Origin: Marsupella aquatica
Taxonomy: Eukaryota > Plantae > Marchantiophyta
Assembly (NCBI GenBank): GCA_973895155.1
Contig: OZ316893.1
Span: 27,848,210 to 27,912,209 of the forward strand
Direction of reading: 5' to 3'
DNA: 64,000 nucleotides
In this document: piece after piece, positions 22,343-34,600 of the stretch
Layout: every line of letters begins with the position of its first letter
Position numbering within the stretch: the stretch's first letter is position 1
Program-made: the position numbers and the translations under genes
The notes under the pieces: generated by a model
What the model was told of the DNA's origin: nothing
The model's input: only the letters and a program-made list of their open reading frames with translations
The model's database searches: none

Positions 22343-25300
22343 TCATTGCAGGCCGACCCTGCAAATGGGGTTGGATTTAACCTTCTCCAAGTCTACCTGC
22401 TCAATCCACAAAATATATAGTTAGGTGAGCTTCATACACCTTGAAGAAAACAAGTCACAGAAACTAATACCGAGATGCACTTTCAACCCTTACGCATTTT
22501 GTAATTTTACTTGAGCAGCAATTTCACGGCCATACCTTGTGCCCAAACAGCTCACGAATGTTGTCAATATTATACAAGATCATGGTCGGCCTGTCCAAAA
22601 TAATGAACATGTTAGAAATACTCGCCTGTACCACAATTTATCAGTTTGAAATTATATTTGATTTCTCTACACATCTGGATTCGAACAGTTTTGTGGGAGG
22701 CTTCCTTACAGTGTCTTTTAGCGGAGATGATTGCCTTTGAAGTGGAAGGAAAGACCCTAAACCCTAAACCCTAAACCCTAGATCATCTCCCACTTTCCAG
22801 TCCCCTAATAATGCTTAGGAGCTTCTGCTCAGTAAGATAACTCAACGATAGACTGCTTTCTTTCCTTCCTGCACAGCCTCTGTATCCTTTTCCATCTAAA
22901 GCAAGCTTAAGATTTGTTTTGGCAGAATTATCTCCATTGCTGCTGAAATCAAAGATTAGAGTCAAGCCATGTTACTTAATCCACTGTTGGAAAATGTACC
23001 TTTCAAGGGATAAACCCCAAGCAATAACATTTACATCCGCAGGTAGCCCCATTGGAAGTAGCATTTCTGGACGGAACATACCCGAGTTGCCTACTTCCAC
23101 CCATTTCTCCAATATTTCATGATAGCTGGAAAAAGAACAACTCAGAAATGCATAGGCAATATGGCATCACACCAGAAATCAATCACTCGAACCACATGAT
23201 GCTGCGCGAAATATCAAGGACTCTTAGAGTCAACTCCACGAAGTTACCACCTTAGCGGCACCATCTAGGGCCACAGCCAATTTACAAAGCGGCTGATAGT
23301 TCCAGTGCATGGCAAGCAAAACAGACGAACCTGAATATCTCCATGCTGGGTTCTGTGTAAGGATTGTATGCCGGCTTGAATCGCAACTTAGTTACACCTA
23401 TAAAAAAATATTAGTGGATTTGTCATTTGTCCAATGTCAAGAAAATATAAGGTGAAGTTAAATCCCAGGGAACCTCTTCAAGACTAAGGATAGCTCTTCG
23501 TAGGGTTCTAAAACTGAACAATTCTATCTCCAACTGAGTCAGAATATTACCAAGTCGCCCAAAAAAATCGTTGAGTACACCAATTAGGTCACCAAGCGTA
23601 AGGCCTCTATCACAAACAACTCCTGCTTCCAATTTTATCGTAAAGATAAACCGTGTTAAGATTAGTGAGACATGAAGGCGTAGTGATGCAAGGAAGTGAA
23701 AGATAATATAGACTAATGTCAAAGCAGTTGGACAAAAAAATCGACATATATGACATAACACGTTCAATTGGTGGACCTCTGCAAAGTGTGTCTTGTCAAC
23801 TAGATATTGTCAAAGAAATTGAAGAAAAGAATGATCGGAATTATGGATTTACACCTTCAATTTGGTGGAACTCTGCCAAGTGTGTCTTGTCAACTGCCTC
23901 ATTGCGGAAAACACGATCTATTGAAAAATATCTTTTGGGCTTAAACCCTTCCTGGTAGATCAAAAGTGATAAATGAGTGGTAGGTGAGGAAGTAATCACT
24001 CTTCCTTGTAGTTTTCTACAAACACAGCAAGTTTTCAGAGTTTTCATTGCAGTCTCATCAAGGAATAGATCGCAGTAATTCGGTTGCACGGACCTGCGCA
24101 AGCTTATAAAGCATCCGCGATGAGACAGCAGTGGTATGAGTTCGAAGGAGGTTCTTTTCCGCTTCATTCCTCTTCCAGTTGTATCCATAACTGCCCAATA
24201 CTCCACATATGAGAAGACAGAAGCCTCAGTTGAAGTGTTTTAGGGTTTAGGTACCAAAACAGCACAAATTTTCGTTTGGTTACGTCCATTTCATGGTTTC
24301 ATGGTACAGAATATACCCTATTGAACCATGTCCCCCAGATTCATGCATAGTTTTGACGCGCTCCAGATAATCTTCTGGCAGTTTTACTGTCCTTGCAGGA
24401 GCTGTAACAAGATTACAAAACAGACGCCAAGTGGAGCATAACTTAGGGACTTGCTTGTCGACACTCAAATTGCAATAACGCATTGGTAGGCTTCTCCTAG
24501 ACAGAAAGAGCATGAATTAGTCAGTGAGACAGTGCCAGCAAACCTGTCAAGAAAAAGGTATCATGAGAGTCACGAGCTGGATGTTGTTGTGGTTGGAAGA
24601 GCGCATCGAAATTCCAGAAGCTGCAGATATTCTGCAAAAGTCAGGACTCTGGTAGACCATAAAGCTGACATGACAGTTAAGTAAAATTTCCGACGATGTA
24701 AATCTATTTTAGATCAGTAATGAACAAGACCTGCAGAATGAGGAGAAATCAATGTGTAGATGTAAGTTACCTGCTTTCCACAAAGTTGTTGGTAGGCATT
24801 TCTTCAAATCTGCACAATCAATTGATGGCATTCTCAGTGCAAAAGATGAGAACAAATGTCATATTTGAAATGAACCCTTCTACTACTTGTAGTGCAAAAT
24901 CTGTAAACGAGTAGAGCCAGGATAGATTTATACCCCATTTCAAGGAAAATTTTCCGGAACTGCGCTCGAACCTGAGTAGTTCATACATCCTTAGTCAGGT
25001 CGCCACATGAGAAGAAACTTGAGGTGAGACAGCTCTGATTCGCGTTTATATAACAGATGAAATTTTGGACACCCTTACAACTGGTCGGTTTTAGACCGCT
25101 ATCAGATGTACTCGTTTCTACTACCAACAAATGAACCACTGGTTCAGTCGGACAGCAAAGGATCAAATCTCCAAATTGTTTAATTTTGCGGGAAGTTCCC
25201 CTTACAGAAGAACGTTACATCAGACCAAACGATTATACCGGGCATGCAGTGTAAAGAAAGATCAATGTCACAGATAAAGGCTTTGTAGTTCAAGTAAAGT

Positions 25301-27167
25301 TCGGGAATTGCCTTCAGCAGGGGATGAAGATGGCCACCATTAGTGGGAAGACCAAGCGCATCAAAATTATAGTCCTTGAATTTCTGTTGTCTCCATGCCC
25401 CACTGCCCACATCTGGAAGTAAGCAACCTCAAACAGACTATCTAGCAACAAGAGATATCCACCATGAAAAAACGAAAAGATGTATGCTGAAGAACGCAAT
25501 TATCAGCCAGAACTCATGTATGCGGTTGAACGAAGGAGACAAATAAGTTACACACCTTTGCAGCAATTCACGAGTAAGATCAGTGGCAGGTTTGCTTCTC
25601 TTTGGTGAATAATTGGGTCCTTTCTTCACAGAGAAAACGATATATGTTCTACACAAGAAAGCCCAAGAAAAACTTCCGTCTTAAGAGATAATCCCAAGTC
25701 TCTACTACCTCCCGTAGCACTTATCAAACCTACCCGAAACTGACAAAAGAGAAACAGGTAAGAAATACAAGAGAAAATAGCTTGCCTTCGCTCTATCAAG
25801 TTCCTGGTTTTTAGCACCTTGCACACGCCTTCGGACAAAGTCTGACAACATTTCAAAAGAGAAACAGTCACTCTGATCAGCAAAAGAGCACTAGATGGAT
25901 AAAGCCTTAAATGACAGTAATATGCTCAAACGTCGAGTTGATTCAGTGTTTAGAAATGAATTCTCTTGCATTCCCTTTACAAGGCATTTCTCGGGTCTCT
26001 TCCAAATGAACTCAGAGCTCAATCAACCGAAGTAATAAGAGTATTACCTGTCCATCTCTTATCGCAACAAGATGGTTCCTGACTTCATCAACAACTTCTT
26101 GAACCTTAAAACACAAACGAAACCAATAAGAAAAATCCCAGCCAACCAGAACCAGGCCAATAAGATGGTTCCTGACTTTATCAACAACTCCTTGAACATC
26201 AAGACACAAACGTAACTAGTAAGGAAAATCGCAACAAACAGAACCAGGCCAACAAATAGGAACAGTGTTAACCACCGCATTGCAATGATCAAGACATTTT
26301 AGGGGTTTAAGCAGGGCTTAGATGGAGTTGGTATCTCAAGAAAGATATCCGGAAATTCCAACGAAATTAATGTGCGTCTAACAAAATAGGAGAAGAGACC
26401 GAAAGAGGGACCGACGTCGAGTACCTTCCTCACAACAAAAGTGCTTTGTGGCTGAAGCCAGTTATTCTTGAATGCATGCTTTGACCCGAAGTTCCACACA
26501 TCTGCAAAATTTGTCTGGCAAGGAACACCAAGCATCAAACATGCAATTTCCATCAAAATCCATGAAGCCATTTCGGACCAACTACAAGATACGGAGAAAT
26601 TAAGTCTCGCTTCACGCAAAACGATCCTAAGCCACTTTGCTTTTCGTGGTGTAAGTAAACGCCTGAGGCAGCTTGAAGTCCTTGGTCATACAAATACTTG
26701 CAAGCACCCGGAGCATGTTCAATCTCGACTGTATAAGAAAACTTCAATCGACAAACCTGAAGATCTTTCCGAGATATGTTCCCTTCAGCTGGCACAGCTG
26801 AGAAAAGTCGGGCCTCTGGTGATCCCAACTCTACCACCGACGCCCCTTCTTTGGTCAACGTCCACGACTGGCGCTTGCTTTCCTGATTAAAAGGCATCTT
26901 AGTATCGGATCGACGGTAATAGCACGGTAAAGCCAACGGGGATCAAAACCCTAAACCCCCAGGTCCCACAGATAAGCATTTTGGCATGTGAGACGGAACC
27001 TGAGAATCGATGAACTGGAAGCCCGTCAAGCTCCGGATAACATCACAGACAGCTGCATGGTCGAGTGAATGCTTGCTGGCCCACTCGACAGAATCCTTAA
27101 TTTCCTCTGCGTCCTTCAGATCCCCAAGGAGCGTCTCTTCCAACGCCTCCCGGTCTCCAGCCACCAT
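22343..27167 (-). CDS. FARSA: Phenylalanine--tRNA ligase alpha subunit, cytosolic (about 18 exons)
   Basis: Spliced translation gives GGHLHPLLK|[84 protein letters not shown] (motif 2), [26 protein letters not shown] and [11 protein letters not shown] (motif 3). ATG at 27167, TGA at 22345-22343. Confidence 0.97.
22755..22781 (-). repeat. Interstitial telomere-type repeat, 3-4 copies of TTTAGGG, in a FARSA intron
   Basis: accctaaaccctaaaccctaaaccctag. Confidence 0.85.
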
Positions 27168-27594
27168 GGCTTCTGCTCTATCTCACCCTCCACGTTAAGT
27201 CACAGAAGGGCGATTATGGGTGGCGCAGCGGAAGAACATGGAGGTGGCACAAATTATTTCAATTTGTGTTCAGGACGTGCAGAGTGCACACTGCCGGGCT
27301 TGGTTCGTGTTCGATCACCAGATTCGAGCGCAAGCGAAAGTGTATACTCGACGAGTCGGCGACCTTCTTGGTTGAGACAGTCCAGTCGGCCACTACGTAT
27401 ACGCTGAGTGTACGGTGCCATTGCATGTACCGTACCGACGTTTGACTACGCGCAATGCGAAGTATAAGTGTTGTTTCAAGTGAGCGAAATGGTTTTTTTT
27501 GGTCTTGAAAGTTGAAATAGGCCCATCCAAGAGAGGATAGACATCTTGCTAGGGAGCATGCAATTTTATGATTTTACTAGCCCAATGCCCATGC

Positions 27595-28320
27595 GTTGAT
27601 GTTGAGGTGATAAAAGATGTTGAGGAGAGAAATGATGTTGAAATGAGCAAAAGATGTTGAGGTGATGAAAGATGTCACGGAGAGCAAAAATGTCAAGGTG
27701 AACAAAAGATTTCAAGGAAATAAATGATTTCGGGGTGAGAAGATAAAAGATGTTTTGGTGAGCAAAAGATGTCAAGGAGATAAAAGATGTTTTGGTGAGC
27801 AAAAGATGTCAAGGAGAGAAGTTAATTGTCAATGTGAGCAAAAAATGTGAAGGTGGTATACACGTCCAGGCGAGTAAAGATGTTGAAGTGAAGAAAACAT
27901 ATTGAGGTGAAAAAGCCAGGAAAAAGATGTCGATGAGAAAAAGAAGTCGAGGTGAGAAAAATGTCAAGGAGAGAAACTATGGTGAGGTGACAAAGAGACG
28001 TAAAGATGAAGGAAAGATCTCAAGGAGAGAAAAAATGTCAAGGGTGAGGAAAAGATCTGAAGGTGAGGAAAGTATGGCAAGATTAGAAAAACATAAGATG
28101 TTGAGGCGAGGAAAATATGTCAAGCCAAGTGAGAAAAGTTCTTCAAGGAAAGAAAAGATGTCAAGGGTAAGAAAAAATATCGTGATGAGATAAAGATGTG
28201 CATGTGAGATAAATATATCAAAGCAAGATAAAGATGTTCAGAAGAAATAAATATGTAAAGATTAAAAAAGGATGTCAAGGCAAGGTAAAAACAAAAACGC
28301 TTTGAGATGTAGTGGTGAGG
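27595..28320 (-). repeat. Degenerate minisatellite of about 19 bp, reverse orientation
   Basis: Tandem variants of aaagatgtYRaggYRag. These account for the spurious K/R/E-rich ORF 27927-28193. Confidence 0.8.
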
Positions 28321-29189
28321 CATGTTATGTGTGATCTTGAACGATTATATAGTTGTTGTGGTCGTGTTCAATAACCCGTGTGTTGCACATAAAAATTAGA
28401 GACCCAAGATAGTAGCCACCACATCATAGAGTTTAACTATGTTTTTGTGGGTAGGCTAAATTAAGGGCAAGCATTTTATTCTAAATGAGGTTCATGGATA
28501 ATCTGGAAAAAATTCAAAAATAATAGTTTAGACAAAGGATCAAGATTGGTTTCCACTTTTCCATGACTTTGTTTTAATTGGCCTCAAATAATTAGTTTTT
28601 AGCTTTTTGGAAAAAAACTACTTAAGTTCACCCCCATTAAAAAATATATTTTTCACAATCACATACACCCATAATTAGTTTATTTCATATTCCTAATTCT
28701 ACATGTATTTCCCTTAGATACATAGGCTTTTAACATGTTATGATTGAGTACCTCTATTAAATATATTTATGTGTACCAAAATGTCTTGTACTTAACTTGT
28801 ACCCCTTCGGTCTCCCCTCATAATTATTATCACCTACGTACCCTAAGGTCCTATTTGCTTTGGTGGACATTTAGTTCTAGCTGATCAAAGGCTAGAATTA
28901 AACCTAACATAAATCCAATGGTCAGGCTTTGTTCCCACCAAATCTGAGTTTGTAAAGGGACGATTAACTACTTTGGCTTCTTTATTATAGTTGTAGATGT
29001 AAGGAGGTAGTCACAATTTTATGTAGAGTAGTCATGAGGGGACAATGACTAGGGATCCTACCCAGACCAGGAGAGAGAGAGGGTTGAACCAGACCCAAAA
29101 CTGGACTAGTCAAGGCTGAGGAGAAACCAGAACTTCCACCAATACACATCACCCACACATACACATACCACCTTCCACACCCCTTGTGT

Positions 29190-29534
29190 TGTTGAGCATA
29201 GATGACATTCGCAACGGCAAGCCCATGAACCATCCAACGCACAAGAGTCGACACAGAGAGATACGTGGTTCACCTCCACATGAGGTTACGTCCACGGGAA
29301 CACACAAGAGCTTTATTGCACTCTAGGCCGACCGGCCATCCCAAGCATCCACAGCACAAGCTCTCCCTATCTCTCAACTAGCTCCGTAACAATGAGCCCT
29401 AAGTTCCACCAGGGTCTGGCATCAGCCCTGGCTATATGCATAATAGCACTACCGCTAACATTAGCTAAGTCCTAACCCGAATTAGACTAACTGTGGTTAG
29501 CTCATGAGTCACAAGACTAGAGCAATATCTAACA
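29190..29534 (-). mobile_element. Solo LTR, 345 bp, with 5-bp TSD TGTGT
   Basis: TG...CA termini, TGTGT at 29185-29189 and 29535-29539. Close reverse-complement match to 39161-39505. Confidence 0.93.
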
Positions 29535-29539
29535 TGTGT

Positions 29540-29612
29540 GTGGAGGAGGGATTGAACCTGGGACCTCTCGGTTCTAGGCTAATTCCCTGGCCAACTTACC
29601 ATAGCTAGTTGG
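29540..29612 (-). repeat. tRNA-derived sequence (SINE-head-like), not a functional tRNA
   Basis: Minus strand shows A-box-like TGGTAAGTTGG and B-box GAGGTCCCAGGTTCAATCCC. No complete cloverleaf. Confidence 0.55.
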
Positions 29613-31639
29613 TTAAGTGAGCAGAGTGTTGGCTCAGCTCATATTCCAGTTTATTCATTTCAATCTTCATTCATCAATTATTCAATTTTTGTTTTTGAGA
29701 GTTTTGTGTGTAAATTTGATTTTGAGCGAAACACCTGACTAACTCATACTCCAACTATTTAGGCATATTGCCCAGGGGCTGTCTTAGGTAGAGCAATATG
29801 TGACAAAGACCACTAAATGACATATTTTGTAGGGGCAAGATATGTCATGGAAAGTTAGCTTATCAATAAACCTATCAATACGCTTCAGCTTTAATTGATG
29901 AGTCTTTTTGAGCATCTTGGTTTCCAAATGAAATGTGACTTGTCAAGGTTAAGAAGGTCTATCCATAGGTTTAATGCAAGAGAACTTTTTTTTAATCTTT
30001 GTATACTATTAAAGCTGTGTAATAGAATGACTTTTTTAATCTTTGTAGATTGCTAAAGTTGTGTTATTCACAAACAAAAAAATCTTGAATAGGTACTCAA
30101 AAGTACTTTAAGTAGTGGGGTTCTCTTTTGTCATGTTTTGTAGGTTTGCACTCATTGCCCTTTCATTCAATTTCTATTCACCTTTATAGAAATCATTATT
30201 TCCTCCTTTTCAACTTAAAAAGTCATTTAGTGAGGGTTTTCACTCAATGCCCTTTCATTTGTTTACTATTCACTTTCTTGAAATCACATTTTTCTATTGT
30301 TCAACAAAAAAAGTTGATGTTGTCATGCTTTCAGTCGCCCAAGCCCATTTGTTTTTTTTTGGCTCTTTGGCTCGCTCGAAGAGAATATTCAAATTTGAAT
30401 TTGCTTTTGGGGCAATTCTAGAATAATTCCTCAAAGTCAGATGGAAGGAGGCAAGAGAGGACACAACAGCTCCCAAGGGTAAGGTGCAGCACAAGCCTCC
30501 TCCTTGGAGCTGTGCAGCCCTGGCAGGGGCATGGCCTATTACATTGTCATTGCAAGATTGGTCTTGCCTGTAGGGTCATGAACCACTACGTACATCCCTG
30601 AGGGCTACACCTGCCCAAGGTCAGAGCCCGGGTAAGAGTGACCATACCTACTCGCCGCCAATCCGTAATCCCATCCTGGTGTGGCAACACATGTTGCTGC
30701 TCCATTGTGACATGGCACCCCAAGTCTCGGCCAATGGCTGTCACCATCACACATGTCATCAAGTGTAAGAGTCTTCTCACTACCATGACCACACCAAAGC
30801 ATATAGACTCCCTCCATGTCCAGAGACGTCCGATAAACACAAGTGGGTTGGCCTAGGAGGCACGGGTGAGGGAAACCAAGCTGAAGGCGCATGGATATGG
30901 ATATGGAGACGATGGATGTATAGGGTAATGACGGCTTGGTCTTGGGTTACTGGTCTGTAACCCTGTGACCACAAAGTGAATAAATACTGACCGGCGGCAG
31001 CCGGGAAATTTTTCTGAATTTTGTGGAAACAGGTTTCAGAAAGTAACCCCAGCCCAAGCTGTCATTATCATACGTCATACCTATCCGGAAAAAAGATTAC
31101 CGGGAACATTTTCTGGGCAGAGGATTATGGAAATGGTGGCACCTAATAGAAAGGTTACACACTGACAGGAATTACAAACCCATCTGAAAGGGGGCCTAAA
31201 GTAAATGGCTCTTGCTCATCCCATGATAAGGTATATTGCCTACCGGATAAGGTCTCCCCGTGTATACAGTCGACCATATACCATATATGGTCGACAATAT
31301 ACCTCATTATGAGAGCCAGTGTCCTGAACCGTATACTTGACATCGTGTGGACAACATAAAACATATGAACGTTGTAGCTGCCGTCGTTAAAACTGGAACC
31401 TAACGACGTGGTGATTGTAACAGCAGGATCCCAATCTTCTGTACAAACAACAGCCAAATGGCTTCTCCCATACACCCTGCTAGCACACCCTTGTTCGAAA
31501 CCATTCAAAAAGGGTCTAAAGCTCTTAAAACCAAAGTGAAATTGTAGTCTAATCAATCATATATGTTGGGGCCAAAAATATGCTCGAGCATATCTATAGG
31601 CCACTTGCTGCCCACAAAGAGATGAATTAAATACAGAGT

Positions 31640-34600
31640 TCAAGCCAACTGTTCTATTAGATGAAACTTGCCAGAAGATAGTTCCGTGTCGGTCGGGCGC
31701 TTCCAAAGAAACTCCCAACCATGGACGTCTGCTGATGTTAAGGAACTTTCCGAGTCATCTAATCGGCTCTGAAGTCCTTCGGATGGCCAGTTTTTGGCTA
31801 ACACCAAGTCCACAGGAGAAAGAGCTGTGTCGACTGACTTTTCCTGATAACTCCCAATAGCTAGAGTTGTACTAATGTTTTGCAAGCTTTTGTGACTACT
31901 TCCCTTACTACTCACCCCTCTATTGCCATCATGGCTGTGCCTTGTTACCTTCTTAAAGGCGGAGCTTCCTCGATGTAAGCTTGAGGATCTACGATCTTTT
32001 GAGAAGTTGAAGTCACATGTGCTGTTGAGGTTCTCAACCTCGTTCATAAAAATCAAGCAGTCTTCCTCAGAAAGAAGACACGCCACGCTCTTGAATCTTT
32101 CCAAGTCTGAACTACTTATCCTCATGTTCCGGGTCACCATCTCCTCCAGGTGGCTGAAAGCTTTATCCCGCTCCCCTCCAGTTAGGCAACACTTGATCAT
32201 CAAGACATAAAGTTCAGGACTTGCAGCACTCAAACTTCTTAAATGACAGAACATCGAAGCCACCAGATCGTCCTGCACGATAAGTACGATCACTCCCAAT
32301 TATCTCTCGAACCGTAAATCGCGCAGAGGCCGTTCAGCTCCTCTGAACAAACAAGAGAGGGCACCGCATACAACACGACACCACAAAGAATGAAATCTGA
32401 ATCAATTCCATAAAATGTCGGGAGAAAAGCACTAAGAACATACTTCTCCTGCTTCTGAAATGGCCTGCATGATCCATGCATGTCGTTTGCTATTTAGTTG
32501 GCATCCTTGTAGGAGCATTTGTCGGAAAATCACCTCCAAATCCTCCCATTTCTCTGAGTTAGTACAGGCTCCTAGTATTGCATCGTACGTGAATACATCT
32601 GGAGAAAGCCGAAGATCACCCCTGTACAACTTTGGCGGGCTTATTCTGCCCGTCTTGATCTGGTCAAAGAGGTTCTTGGCCTCGTCATACATATTGTTAG
32701 CGCCATACACAGAGATCATAATGTTGTAAGTGCCAATGTTTGGTGCACAGACTTCTCGCATGTGTTCAAAGACTGAGATGGCATCCCTCCAGCGGCCGCT
32801 TTCTTTACATGCCTTGATTAACCCAGTGTACGTCTCAACAAGTGGTCTGCCTGAAAGAGTGCCAATACGGTCTACCTGATGATATCAGAAGCAACAACCC
32901 GTACCACTTAGAATCCTAGCGAATTGGACAGATTCAAGAATATGTTGTCATTGAAGCTTGGAAACGAACCACACTATATTTTCCTTGAGAAGGCTCTAGA
33001 AACAACAAGAGCGCTTTCTTGAACAATACTTGCATGCTGGATTGAGTCAATAAGATGTCTGACACACGATTCAGGATACCGGATTAAGCTCAATTTCCAA
33101 TACCCATTAAATAAGCCGTCTTTAAGACAAATTGACATCATTTCAAATACCAAAAGAGGAGCTCTAGATTGGTTTTTTCTTTCCTTGTCCTTCCAACGAA
33201 GATGACTTCGTACACATAATGAAAGGGGTGGACACTGTTTGACAATACAGAGAATCATCAAGGATAGCAATTAATTATTTTCATTCGATTATTTATCACA
33301 TCATTTGTAACCATGACCCAGCTCCGATTCCCCAAACCTCAAAGCCATTGCTTGTTACATACACATGCTCGTTCTATACAATTTGTACATTTGAAATTGA
33401 ACTACTGATGGCCACAATGAGTTGCTCCATTGCTGATCCGCACAAGACACTTTAAACATAAGCCTGAGAACAAGAATGGGACAGAAAGACGTCCACCTGC
33501 AAGAGACCATCTTGCCATTTTCCACACGTACAGAGAGTACATGCCAGCGCATAGTAGACCCCAGGCACTGCAACGATCCCACGCTCTTCCATGTGTTTCA
33601 CCATCTGAATCGCAAGACTTGCCTTTCCAACTTGACCGAGGCCCTCTACCAAAGCTGGAGTTCACAAATACAAGCCCATCTCAGAGGCAGCACGGATTTA
33701 ACGTAAATTTAGTCTGAACTCCCTAATTCAAAAGTTGTCCTAGTGCAATGAAGTGGAGGATAAATCTGAAGGCGAAGCTGGGAGGAAAGCCTTCGAAGTG
33801 ACCACAAGTAATAAGTCAACGAGTTCGATTCTACTCATCCCTTAACAATCAATTTACTGTCAAATGCCGTAAGAATAAAAACTACAGACCTACCTTTATA
33901 GGTTAAAGAGTTGGGATGGAAACCCCCTAGCTCCATCTTTCCAAGTACCTTCCATGCAAGGTCAAACTTCCCAGCTTTCACCATAACCTACACCCCGTAC
34001 AAAGCTCAAATAAGTCAACGGTACCTTGGCAAGCTAAAGGGACTTTCAGTCCATCTCGATTGGTTGTGTTGAGTTTGTGTCAACAGGAAAATAATTATAT
34101 CAGTTCATGTGATGAGTGGCAATGTGGAAAAACCTCAATGACAAGGCCATAAGAAGCTGAATTGGGCTTCACATCCTTTTCCTTGTAAATCTGATCCAAA
34201 ATCCAGAGAGCCACCCTCCAGTGCCTGTGTGACACACAGGCATTTAAAGCCTGCAACAATGCACACATCGTAACCATCGAACACTAGAAATCATAAGAGA
34301 GGGCGACCTCTCCAGTTGAAGGACTCGTTTAACTTTGCTTTATTCCTTCCCTGGTCTGGACAGGGAATGCTACCTTACAGGATAATGTAAGCAGATCAAG
34401 TTGCAATTAAGCGTATAGAGGAATTAAAGCTAAACGTTCCAGCAGCAATCATCGATCCCAAACTGCGTTATGCAAATTCAATCAAATATGCATTTCTACA
34501 ATCCAAAACGACAGCAGTCTGAAGAGCGGAAAATTGTGAACAGCAGCATCTACAATTGTGATACAAAATGCGCAATCCATGAACAACCCTAAACGAAAGT

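Noticed and set aside
27927-28193. 88-aa Lys/Arg/Glu-rich ORF
   Set aside because: It is a translation of the 19-bp minisatellite. The same applies to 20115-20330 and the short ORFs at 61193-61625.
29190-29534. Retrozyme hypothesis for the 345-bp LTRs
   Set aside because: No CTGANGA...GAAA hammerhead core was seen in either young copy.
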